Source of the DNA: Candidatus Micrarchaeota archaeon
GTDB taxonomy: Archaea; Micrarchaeota; Micrarchaeia; Norongarragalinales; Norongarragalinaceae
Assembly (NCBI GenBank): GCA_016188965.1
Contig: JACPGT010000005.1
Coordinates: 65,989-129,988, forward strand
Length of the DNA: 64,000 nt
Reading direction: 5' to 3'
Shown here: piece after piece, positions 42,240-50,354 of the stretch
Numbering within the stretch: the stretch's first letter is position 1
Layout: each line of letters begins with the position of its first letter
Notes under the pieces: model-generated
The model's input: only the letters and a program-made list of their open reading frames with translations
What the model was told of the DNA's origin: nothing
The model's database searches: none
Program-made: the position numbers and the translations under genes

Positions 42240-42521
42240 TCAGACGCCCATGTCCGTGGCGGACTCCGTCAGGCCACGGCGGTCCACGACCATCACGTCC
42301 TTGACGTCCAGAACGGCGCCGTACGGGATGGTGATGAGGCCCGAGGCATCGTGCGTGGCGCGAGTGGCGTACGCCGAATCCGGGTTGGGCTCCAAGAGGA
42401 TGGTTTCCAGCTTGCCGGTCACTTCATCCAGGAACAAGTCAATCACGCGGCCCAAATCCTCGCCGTCCGTCGTGATGATGCGTTTTCCTGCCAGTTGCTT
42501 GGCAATCGCGTATTTGACCAT
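42240..42521 (-). CDS. PRC-barrel domain protein
   Basis: LAGKRIITTDGEDLGRVIDLFLDEVTGKLETILLEP...ITIPYGAVLDV is the typical PRC-barrel pattern. Confidence 0.7.
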   Translation of the reverse strand: MVKYAIAKQLAGKRIITTDGEDLGRVIDLFLDEVTGKLETILLEPNPDSAYATRATHDASGLITIPYGAVLDVKDVMVVDRRGLTESATDMGV

Positions 42522-42812
42522 AAAAACACCTTTTGCGCCGTTCGTTGGTGCGGCTATATGCGGCCACGCCGCTTAAATAGATTATGCAGAACGAGACTGC
42601 GGTTTTAAACGTTCCGCCACCACGCTTCCGTAAATCCTCTACCGGGCGCGCAAAACGCGGCCTGACGAGGGAAAAAAGGCATTACGGGTCGAAACCGCAG
42701 ACACAACAGTACCACGATTCCACTATTCGGACAATAACCGTCTTTGAATTTCGACCACCGTGCCACCGGTTGGATTATATTTTCAATTCCAGTAAGCTTG
42801 CCGGTGGTACTC

Positions 42813-43100
42813 ATGCAAATCAAGGACGAAGTCATGCAGATGCTTGAAACGCTCAAAAAAGCCGGATTCAACCCCGTCGACGCCGTGTTCGAAGGCGCCG
42901 TCGGCGTCAAGGAAGACACCACGCTTGCCTTCATGGACAAGCTGAACGAAAAACAACTCGTCTCCGGCGTCGTCCGCATCATCTACACGGCCGACGGCGA
43001 CCAGGTGCGCTTTGTTGAAATTCCCGTGGGCCAAGGCGGAGAGCAACAACTCGAACAGCAAATGGGAGCCGCCGGCCAAGGAGGAGCGGGCGGACAATAA
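42813..43100 (+). CDS. Hypothetical small protein
   Basis: I prefer the internal ATG 42813 (MQIKDEVMQMLETLKK). Ends in a Gly/Gln-rich tail. Confidence 0.35.
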   Translation: MQIKDEVMQMLETLKKAGFNPVDAVFEGAVGVKEDTTLAFMDKLNEKQLVSGVVRIIYTADGDQVRFVEIPVGQGGEQQLEQQMGAAGQGGAGGQ

Positions 43101-43158
43101 GTCCGCAAAGCGCAAACCGCGCTTATTTTTAACTGCCCGGGCCACCACGCGTCAGAAT

Positions 43159-44163
43159 ATGGCGTTCATCCTCACGTTGGAACAAAAACGCGAACGTTCG
43201 CCCTACTATTACTTCGGCCCCTCCAAACACGCCGCGGCATCTACCTGCCTCTGGACTAAGAAAGCACTGACCGGCGAAGGGTACTGCTACAAGATGACGT
43301 TCTACGGCATCCAATCGCACCGCTGCATCCAATGGTCGCCCTGCCCCGTGCACTGCAACTATGCCTGCCGCTTCTGCTGGCGCGACACGTCCATCCACTC
43401 GCCCGTCTGGGAAGGCCCGATAGACGACGCGGAAATCCTGGTGGAAGAAAGCGTCAAGGCGTTCAACCACCTGCTCAACGGATATCCGGGCAACAAAAAC
43501 ACCATCGCCAAGCGCATGGAACAATCGCGCGACCCCATCCACACCGCCATTTCGCTGGACGGCGAACCTACGTTGTACCCCGAACTGCCGGCGCTCATCC
43601 GCGCCTTCCACAAGCGCCGCATCACCACGTTCTTGGTCACCAACGGCTCGAACCCGGCCATGCTGCGCCTCTTGGAAGAAGAAGACAGCCTCCCGACGCA
43701 AGTCTACATCTCCTTGAGCGCGTGGGACGAAGCGTCGTTCAAAACCATCCAACAACCCCTGCAACCCGGATTATGGGCCCACTACCTCGAATCGCTGGAC
43801 TGGATGCGCCAAGCGAACCACGACCGCCGCGTCCTGCGCATGACTTTAGCCAAGGGCCTGAACCTGTCTGATGAAAGCCTCGAAGGTTTTGCCAACATCA
43901 TCCGCCGCTCCGGCGCGGAATACGTCGAAGTCAAGTCCTACACGCCCGTAGGCAAAAGCCGCCTGCGCATGGGCCCCGATTTTGCGCCCACGCACGAAGA
44001 CATGCAGCAAGCCGCCCAAACCTTGGCGAAAAAGACGGATTACCTTGTCACGGCCGAACACAAACCATCTCAAGTCGTCCTGCTCTGTCGGGATGAAAAA
44101 GCGAAAACAAACCGCATGCTTAAACTGCGCGAACTCTGCGGAGAGCAAAGGGCCTACAACTGA
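43159..44163 (+). CDS. taw1: tRNA 4-demethylwyosine synthase (radical SAM, Taw1/TYW1)
   Basis: Radical-SAM cluster CNYACRFCWR preceded by the conserved HRCIQWSPC block. Start at the internal ATG 43159. Confidence 0.8.
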   Translation: MAFILTLEQKRERSPYYYFGPSKHAAASTCLWTKKALTGEGYCYKMTFYGIQSHRCIQWSPCPVHCNYACRFCWRDTSIHSPVWEGPIDDAEILVEESVKAFNHLLNGYPGNKNTIAKRMEQSRDPIHTAISLDGEPTLYPELPALIRAFHKRRITTFLVTNGSNPAMLRLLEEEDSLPTQVYISLSAWDEASFKTIQQPLQPGLWAHYLESLDWMRQANHDRRVLRMTLAKGLNLSDESLEGFANIIRRSGAEYVEVKSYTPVGKSRLRMGPDFAPTHEDMQQAAQTLAKKTDYLVTAEHKPSQVVLLCRDEKAKTNRMLKLRELCGEQRAYN

Positions 44164-44243
44164 AAAACCACCCGGCCTCCGTCGGAAACCGCCTGAAAAC
44201 ATGCCACGGTTTTTATACCGGCACGCGCACAGCCCACTACGCC

Positions 44244-45686
44244 ATGGACGACCTGCCGTTCGATTCTACCTTGGACGTGCCCATTCCGAAAGACCCGCTG
44301 CAACAGATCATCGGACAGCGGCAAGCCGTGAAACTTGCCACCATCGCGGCCAAACAACGCCGCAACCTCCTCTTGGTCGGACCGCCCGGCATCGGCAAAA
44401 GCCTTTTGGCACAAGCCATCTCGCACCACTTGAACGAGCCAACGGAGGAAGTCTCGGTCCTGCATAACCCCGAGACGCCGGAAAAACCACTCATTGAAAT
44501 CATCACGAAGGAACAGCTAGCGAAAGAGAAGCGCATGAACGCGCAAATCCAAGGCAAACTCGTCGGCCCGAAAGAAGTGCCCAGTTTCGTCGCCGAACGC
44601 CTGGGCTTCCGCTGCCGCCGCTGCGGACGCCTGTCCGACGCCGGCGAACGCGCATGCCCCGGCTGCGGCCTCGACAAGTACACCGCGGCCTTTGGCAACA
44701 CTATCCTCTCCGAATACCTGCAAGAAGCCAAGCCCCAGACGCGCGTGCACACCACCCGCCTGCTGGATGACGGCCGCGAAGAAGTCATCGTCTATGAACG
44801 CAAGGGCGACAACGTCCGCGTCCTGGACCAAAAAGCGCTGGAAAAAATCGACCAACTCAAGAAAAAGAAACCGCGGAAAGTCCTCATGCCGTTCGGACGC
44901 AAGTCGTTCGTCATCGCCACCGGCGCGTCCGAGACGGAACTCTTGGGAGACGTGCGGCACGACCCATACGGCGGACACGCCGGCGTTGGGGTCCAGCCGT
45001 ACTTGCGCGTTGTGCCCGGCTCGGTGCACGATGCCCACCAAGGCGTCCTGTTCATTGATGAACTAAGCTCGCTGGGCCACGTACAACGCTTTTTGCTCAC
45101 CGCCATGCAGGAACGCAAATACACCATCGTCGGCCGCAATCCCCACTCCGCCGGCGCGTCCTGCCGCGTCGAAGACGTGCCGTGCGACTTCATCCTGGTT
45201 GCCGCGTCGAACATCAACGACCTACAGAACATCCTGCCGCCTTTGCGCTCGCGCATCGTAGGCAACGGCTACGAAGTCCTGCTGGACACACATATGCCGG
45301 ACACTCCCGAAAACCGCCGCCAACTCGTCCAATTTATAGCCCAAGAAGTCATGAAGGACGGCCGCATCCCGCCGGCCTCGCGCAGCGCCATGGACGCGAT
45401 TTTGGACGAAGCCCGCCGCCGCGCACGCGTCGTCGACGAGACGGATAACGCGTTAACGCTGCGCCTGCGCGAACTGTCCGGCGTCATCCGCCTGGCCGGC
45501 GATTTTGCCGTCTCGGAAGGAAAAAACCTCATCGAAGAAGACGACATTACCGTAGCCATATCCCGCTCGCGCAACATCGAAGAACAACTCCGTGACCGCT
45601 ACGGCTCCGTGTGGAAAGCAGGGGCCAAGGAATTCCAGACGCACTTGGACAAGCGCGCCGACGTAGACTCCCGAGAGGTGGCTTAG
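44244..45686 (+). CDS. Lon-like AAA+ ATPase without recognisable protease domain, with zinc-ribbon insertion
   Basis: The N-terminus parallels archaeal LonB (IIGQRQAVKLA...LLLVGPPGIGKSLLAQ). Walker B is GVLFIDELSSL, and a CRRCGR...CPGCG insert sits where LonB carries TM helices. At 480 aa it ends before any Ser-Lys protease domain. Confidence 0.65.
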   Translation: MDDLPFDSTLDVPIPKDPLQQIIGQRQAVKLATIAAKQRRNLLLVGPPGIGKSLLAQAISHHLNEPTEEVSVLHNPETPEKPLIEIITKEQLAKEKRMNAQIQGKLVGPKEVPSFVAERLGFRCRRCGRLSDAGERACPGCGLDKYTAAFGNTILSEYLQEAKPQTRVHTTRLLDDGREEVIVYERKGDNVRVLDQKALEKIDQLKKKKPRKVLMPFGRKSFVIATGASETELLGDVRHDPYGGHAGVGVQPYLRVVPGSVHDAHQGVLFIDELSSLGHVQRFLLTAMQERKYTIVGRNPHSAGASCRVEDVPCDFILVAASNINDLQNILPPLRSRIVGNGYEVLLDTHMPDTPENRRQLVQFIAQEVMKDGRIPPASRSAMDAILDEARRRARVVDETDNALTLRLRELSGVIRLAGDFAVSEGKNLIEEDDITVAISRSRNIEEQLRDRYGSVWKAGAKEFQTHLDKRADVDSREVA

Positions 45687-45689
45687 AAA

Positions 45690-45980
45690 ATGCCTAAAAC
45701 GCCCAGAACCAAATCCATCAACCTTACCGGAACCGGACCCATCGGCATGTTCCACCGCCGGTTCACACCCCAAAGCCCTGCCGAACGCTACGCGATGAAA
45801 CCGGGCAGCTGGCACCCCGGGTGGCAAAAACTACCCTTCCACGCCGTTTGGCAAGACAACATCGCCGCCGCCATGAAAAGACGCAACGCGGCAGTCAACG
45901 CCGCAATCAAACGCATGCCCAAAAAAACGAACGTCGTGCCCAACGCGCGCCGAACCATGCGACGGCCTACCCGCCGCTAG
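45690..45980 (+). CDS. Hypothetical basic protein
   Basis: Starts 3 nt after the AAA+ stop. No family recognised. Confidence 0.3.
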   Translation: MPKTPRTKSINLTGTGPIGMFHRRFTPQSPAERYAMKPGSWHPGWQKLPFHAVWQDNIAAAMKRRNAAVNAAIKRMPKKTNVVPNARRTMRRPTRR

Positions 45981-46072
45981 GCAAGCCATGCGAAACCTGC
46001 TTTTTTCACCGAGCGGACGCTTGAAAGAAAAAAAAACGGCCGCGCGATGCGGCGTCTGAAACGGAAAAAAAG

Positions 46073-46498
46073 CTACTTCTTGCGGCGGTGGTGCTCGACC
46101 GCTTTTTGGATCAGCGTGCGGTGGTGTTCTTCCACGCGCGAGTCGTATTCCTCCAGAGGCACGATGACCTTGCCGGACTGGTAAATCATCAACGCGACCA
46201 CGGCCATGCCGAACCAGAACAGGAAAACCGCCACCGGGCCCAGCAAGACGCCGAGGAAGTCCTCGTACGAGAACGAATACACCAAAGCGTTCGAATCGAT
46301 GCTCCAACCGAACAATTGCGGCACCAATTCCGGACGCAGCAAGGCGGCGCGGCCCTTTTCCACCATGACGAACAGTTCGTACAGCGACTGGGCCAGCTTC
46401 AGGACGGCGGCGAAGACGAAGAACGCGCCGGCGACCTTCAACAAATGCAGGCGTCTTCCGCCGACTTTCAACCACATGACCTTGTGCAACATGACCAT
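46073..46498 (-). CDS. Hypothetical membrane protein
   Basis: Three hydrophobic helices. Start chosen at ATG 46498, with a GGGG motif upstream and an ATTTAATAG box about 60 nt upstream. Confidence 0.45.
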   Translation of the reverse strand: MVMLHKVMWLKVGGRRLHLLKVAGAFFVFAAVLKLAQSLYELFVMVEKGRAALLRPELVPQLFGWSIDSNALVYSFSYEDFLGVLLGPVAVFLFWFGMAVVALMIYQSGKVIVPLEEYDSRVEEHHRTLIQKAVEHHRRKK

Positions 46499-46632
46499 CA
46501 ACCCCAAACCGGCTTGACACGGCCTCCGGATTTGCGTGCAGACATAACTTTTCGACGCTATTAAATCCTTGCGAGGGCCGATTTCAGCGGCCACCGGCCA
46601 GCACCCCTCGAAATTTTCTTCTAAGCCAGGGC

Positions 46633-47376
46633 ATGAAGAAAATTCCAGAGGGATGCAAAATGAGCAGGACGGATATTGATTACAACAAAAAAGCGATTCT
46701 AAAATACATGTTCAAACATGCGCGAAGCATCCGAAATCATCGATTTTCGGCAATGAACCTTAAGCGGGCCTACCTAGCGGGGGTAATTTCGGGCGATGGA
46801 AGAATCAGTTGTTTTCCTCCATTTCCTACAAAACACATGCGAACAACCGTGCTTATTTACAACCAGTCCATACCGTTTTTGAATTATCTTAAGGAAATGA
46901 TCTGCAAAGAATTTGGCGTTAACGGCAGAATTAGTCCAAAGAAAGGGGAAAATTGCTTTGAATTGGCCATTTACAGCCGAGCATTTTGGATCTATCTAGC
47001 GAGCAACGTAGACCTGCCACTTGACAAAAAATACCTTCAGGTTCCTCCGTCAATTCAAACAAAAAAACTGTTCAGAGAGTACCTGGCCGGATTGTTCGAT
47101 ACGGATGGATATTTGTCGTACACGTTCGGAATCATGCTATCGAAGCGCAATTTAGGTTACTTGAAAAAAATAAGTATGCTTTGTAGAAAATATTACGGGT
47201 TGCGTTTTGGAAAAATCTCGATAAACGAATTGAGGCAGAATGGAAAAACATATGGCAGAGTAATCATGCACCTCAGAAAAGCGGACGTCCGAGTATTCAT
47301 AAAAAATATACCCCTTCGGCATGAGAAATATATACCGCGCATAGCAAAGGTTCTGAGAGGGCCCGTCGTCGAATAA
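46633..47376 (+). CDS. LAGLIDADG homing endonuclease (double-motif)
   Basis: Two LAGLIDADG motifs, YLAGVISGDGRI and YLAGLFDTDGYL. The gene is visibly AT-richer than its surroundings. Confidence 0.8.
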   Translation: MKKIPEGCKMSRTDIDYNKKAILKYMFKHARSIRNHRFSAMNLKRAYLAGVISGDGRISCFPPFPTKHMRTTVLIYNQSIPFLNYLKEMICKEFGVNGRISPKKGENCFELAIYSRAFWIYLASNVDLPLDKKYLQVPPSIQTKKLFREYLAGLFDTDGYLSYTFGIMLSKRNLGYLKKISMLCRKYYGLRFGKISINELRQNGKTYGRVIMHLRKADVRVFIKNIPLRHEKYIPRIAKVLRGPVVE

Positions 47377-47498
47377 GCCTTTTCGTCCGACGAAGGGGCT
47401 TCGGCTGTGGTAAGACGTCGAAAGTACCTTAGGCAAGCTGAGGCACTTGCGGAACTTTTACACAGCGAAGATCGCCGGTTCGATTCCGGCCGGGCCCA
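47359..47498 (+). tRNA. tRNA-like gene, apparently disrupted by several short insertions (anticodon unassigned)
   Basis: A clean 3' portion: AGATC GCCGG TTCGATT CCGGC CGGGCCC A, followed by TTTT. The only complementary 5' acceptor strand, GGGCCCG, lies at 47359-47365, 140 nt upstream. D-loop-like GTGGTAAGA flanked by GACG/CGTC, and an AAAGT/ACTTT candidate anticodon stem. Confidence 0.45.
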
Positions 47499-47752
47499 TT
47501 TTGAGCAAAACCGCCGATACAACAACGCACGCGTTGTTGTCCGCTGGACTTGGCGGAGGCCAAGTCTTCGCGTCCTGCCGGGTACGTCGCCTAGCTATTT
47601 CGCTTTTCGGTCTACGTTTAATCCATACGCAGAAAAAGAAGCACAGCTCACTTCAATGCGAAAACCAACCATGAAAACCAAGAACCTCATCGCCCTTGCC
47701 GCCGCATTGGCTCTCACCGCCGGCCATTGTATACGTCACCCTGCCCTTCTTG

Positions 47753-47938
47753 ATGGCCATGCCGCTGTCCGCTCACGCCGTCGACGCCTACGTCCTGCAC
47801 CAACAGAACCCATTGATCACCGGCATCGTCATAGGCCTGGCCTTCGCCCTAATCGGCCTTCTGACCTACGTGATCTATTCTCTTTTGCGGCCAACGACTA
47901 AACCGATGGACCGGATGGAGTTGCCTCAAGAGCCGTGA
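47753..47938 (+). CDS. Small membrane protein (possible remnant of a frameshifted longer ORF)
   Basis: Contains the TM helix LITGIVIGLAFALIGLLTYVIYSLL. Its stop overlaps the GTG of the next gene (GTGA). Confidence 0.3.
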   Translation: MAMPLSAHAVDAYVLHQQNPLITGIVIGLAFALIGLLTYVIYSLLRPTTKPMDRMELPQEP

Positions 47939-48351
47939 GACGGCCCATCCAGCAGCGCGCGGCGCCCGTCGCCCTGGCCTGCGGCATCCTGCAGGACGGC
48001 GAGCGCGTCTTTTTCCTCAAACAGAAAGACGGTCAAGGAATCGAACGCATCGGACTGCCGTTCGTCATGCTCTTTGCCGGACAGGACCCCGTCAAGAAGA
48101 TGACGGAATTCTTCCTGGCGCAGACCGGCATCGACGGCCACGTCCAAGACGTGCGCTTCCAGGCCAACCACAACGCCGGTTCGCGCAAGAACAAACGAAT
48201 CATCCCAGTGTTGGGATTCCGCGTGGAAGCCAAAGTAAGACAGGCCAAACCCGCGGCCGGATACTCCGGCTATGCCTGGATGACGCTGGACGCCGCCAAG
48301 AACCAACGGCTTGACCGCATGAGCGAATGGCTGCGCACCATCCAGACCTGA
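47935..48351 (+). CDS. Hypothetical protein, possibly NUDIX-fold with degenerate Nudix box
   Basis: GQDPVKKMTEFFLAQTGIDG only loosely fits G-x5-E-x7-REUxEExGU. Confidence 0.4.
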   Translation: MRRPIQQRAAPVALACGILQDGERVFFLKQKDGQGIERIGLPFVMLFAGQDPVKKMTEFFLAQTGIDGHVQDVRFQANHNAGSRKNKRIIPVLGFRVEAKVRQAKPAAGYSGYAWMTLDAAKNQRLDRMSEWLRTIQT

Positions 48352-48397
48352 AACACACGCGCACCAACTTTATAGGCCACGACTGCGTCTATCCATC

Positions 48398-49441
48398 ATG
48401 CCATTCATCCTGGCCACCTGCGCTGCCGACGTCCAGCAGGCCAAACGCCAGGCACAAAAAGCGCAAGCCGCCGCGTACCGCCACGACGTAGCCTGGCTTA
48501 CGCATTCCGAATCCGCCGCCGTGCAGGCCTGGGTCCGCGCCTACGCCAAGAACGCCCACTACCCCATCTTCCTGGCCGGACAGCAGACTCTGCCGGACCT
48601 GCCTCCGTTTAACGGCCCGCACGCCGGATACAACGCCGCGCTGGCATTGGGCGCCCTGTTCGAACAACCCGTACTGTTTTTGGCCGACGCCGACTTGACG
48701 GCCGAAGCCACGACCAAATTGCGAGAACTGGATGCGGAAGCGGCGCAAGGCGCGTGCACGGGCGCAAGCGACGAGCCGCACAGCTGGCAGAACCACGCCG
48801 AAAAAACATTGCAAAGCGTTGCCACCGGCGTCGTCAGCCCCGACTTCGCCGCACGTCAGCTGCAAGCCGCCTTGGAAGGCAACGTGCCATCCGACTTGGT
48901 GCAACCCTGCCACCAAGCGCTATGCATCAGCGCCCGCGCCGCCGAATACGCCTGCCTGCCACCCATCGGCCCGGCACCCCTGGACGTCTACGCCAACACC
49001 GCGTTTTTCTTCCACGTCAGCCTCATGCAGCCCAAATTCGCCTGGGTCCGCCACGAACCGCCCTCGCCTGCCGACTCCGCCCGCCTGGAAAAAGCCTGGA
49101 TACAAAGCGAACAGCTTGAAACCTACATGCGCGTGCTGGACTACGTCTTCGAAAAAACGCGCATGCGCACCATCTCCGACTTCTTGCTGGACGAAGCCGT
49201 CACCAACGCCTACTACCCGGCGCGCGCCGCCTGGACCGACGAACAATACCAAGCCGTGCTCAAACTCCGCCACCCAAGCTTGAACCTGGCTTACGCCCGG
49301 CTCACCCGCGCCCCGACGCAGCCGGACAAAGGCCAGATGAAAACCGCCATCCGGGCGTTCTTCGCCGCCCAAAACGCCTGGAAAGAAACCATCCGCACGT
49401 GCGGCGAAAAGAACCTCGAAGAGAAGCTGCGGCTGTGCTGA
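48398..49441 (+). CDS. Hypothetical protein
   Basis: A 347-aa ORF with a CTTTATAG box about 28 nt upstream. No family recognised. Confidence 0.45.
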   Translation: MPFILATCAADVQQAKRQAQKAQAAAYRHDVAWLTHSESAAVQAWVRAYAKNAHYPIFLAGQQTLPDLPPFNGPHAGYNAALALGALFEQPVLFLADADLTAEATTKLRELDAEAAQGACTGASDEPHSWQNHAEKTLQSVATGVVSPDFAARQLQAALEGNVPSDLVQPCHQALCISARAAEYACLPPIGPAPLDVYANTAFFFHVSLMQPKFAWVRHEPPSPADSARLEKAWIQSEQLETYMRVLDYVFEKTRMRTISDFLLDEAVTNAYYPARAAWTDEQYQAVLKLRHPSLNLAYARLTRAPTQPDKGQMKTAIRAFFAAQNAWKETIRTCGEKNLEEKLRLC

Positions 49442-49554
49442 AAGCCAAGCCCGCCAACCGAATACCGCCATGCAGGAACGTGACGAGAAAGACGCGGACC
49501 CAACCGAACCGCCGTACATCCGCCACGATGAGGACGGTGCCGAAAACAAAAGCC

Positions 49555-49562
49555 TTTAAATT
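49555..49562 (+). promoter_or_regulatory. TATA box (TTTAAATT) with purine-rich BRE for tRNA-Phe
   Basis: Centred about 30 nt upstream of tRNA position 1. The same GCYTTTAAA pattern precedes many genes in the window. Confidence 0.55.
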
Positions 49563-49587
49563 CAACCGGGCAAAGGATTCTTCCGTC

Positions 49588-49701
49588 GCCGCAGTAGCTC
49601 AGCCTGATCGCCGCAAATCTGTTTTTCTAGTTTACGGCGAGGCTTAGGAGAGCAATCGGCTGAAGACCGATATGCCGGGTGTTCAAATCACCCCTGCGGC
49701 A
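49588..49701 (+). tRNA. tRNA-Phe (GAA) with ~41-nt intron in the D-loop
   Basis: GCCGCAG TA GCTC AGCCTG[intron]GA GAGC A ATCGG CTGAAGA CCGAT ATGCC GGGTG TTCAAAT CACCC CTGCGGC A. The intron forms the TCGCCG/CGGCGA helix. A TTTAAATT box lies 30 nt upstream and a T-run follows downstream. Confidence 0.8.
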
Positions 49702-49974
49702 TTTTCTTTTTCTTTCACTTCATAGTCCGGGACAAATCAATCCGGGCATTCCTGAACAAGGATTATGCGGCACCGAAAAGACGCGTAGCGCAACGGGGCA
49801 TGGCAGGACGCGGAAAGACCCGGCGTTCAACGGCCTAGCGGAACGTGCCAAAGCCCGACTTGAAAAATACGACTGAAAATAGCCAAAACGCGCGCATCCA
49901 TACGGCCGTAACGGCAGTTGGAAAGCCGCCGGAAAACGCGGACGACATCAAGCGAAGACAAAAACCCACCCGGG

Positions 49975-50196
49975 CTATACGCAAACTTCAACCGCTTTTT
50001 TGTTGTTCGACGCGCCCCGCACGACGCGCACGCGCGAGGCCGGCACGCCGAAATAATCGGCCAAACGTTGGCAAACTTCAGCATTGGCCTTACCGTCCAC
50101 CGGCTTGGCGCGGACACGGACTTTGAACTCGTTCTCGCCGATCTTCTCGACTCCGGGCTTGTCGGAGTGGGCGGAAACGCGGACCATCACTTGCAT
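49975..50196 (-). CDS. DUF167 (YggU/UPF0235) family protein
   Basis: VRVRAKPVDGKANAEVCQRLADYFGVPASRVRVVRGASNNKKAVEV. Start at ATG 50196, with a CTTTAAG box about 25 nt upstream. The longer ORF-track version runs through a repeat element. Confidence 0.7.
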   Translation of the reverse strand: MQVMVRVSAHSDKPGVEKIGENEFKVRVRAKPVDGKANAEVCQRLADYFGVPASRVRVVRGASNNKKAVEVCV

Positions 50197-50243
50197 GAAA
50201 AACAAAAGCAACCAAAGCTCTTTAAGGCCCGGATTCAACCTGC

Positions 50244-50341
50244 CTATAGCAAGACCGGCAAATTTCACGACGATTAGGCCGGTCTTGCTAGACACCAAAC
50301 CAAGACTATTTTGTCGGGTTACTTTCTTGGTTTGCTGTAAA
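50244..50341 (+). repeat. Modular hairpin repeat element, copy A (two hairpins)
   Basis: CTATAGCAAG-ACCGGC-loop-GCCGGT-CTTGCTAGACACC-AAACCAAG-loop(GTCGGGTTACTTTC)-CTTGGTTT-GCTGTAAA. Ends 13 nt before the start codon at 50355. Confidence 0.8.
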
Positions 50342-50354
50342 GGGGGTTTCGTGC

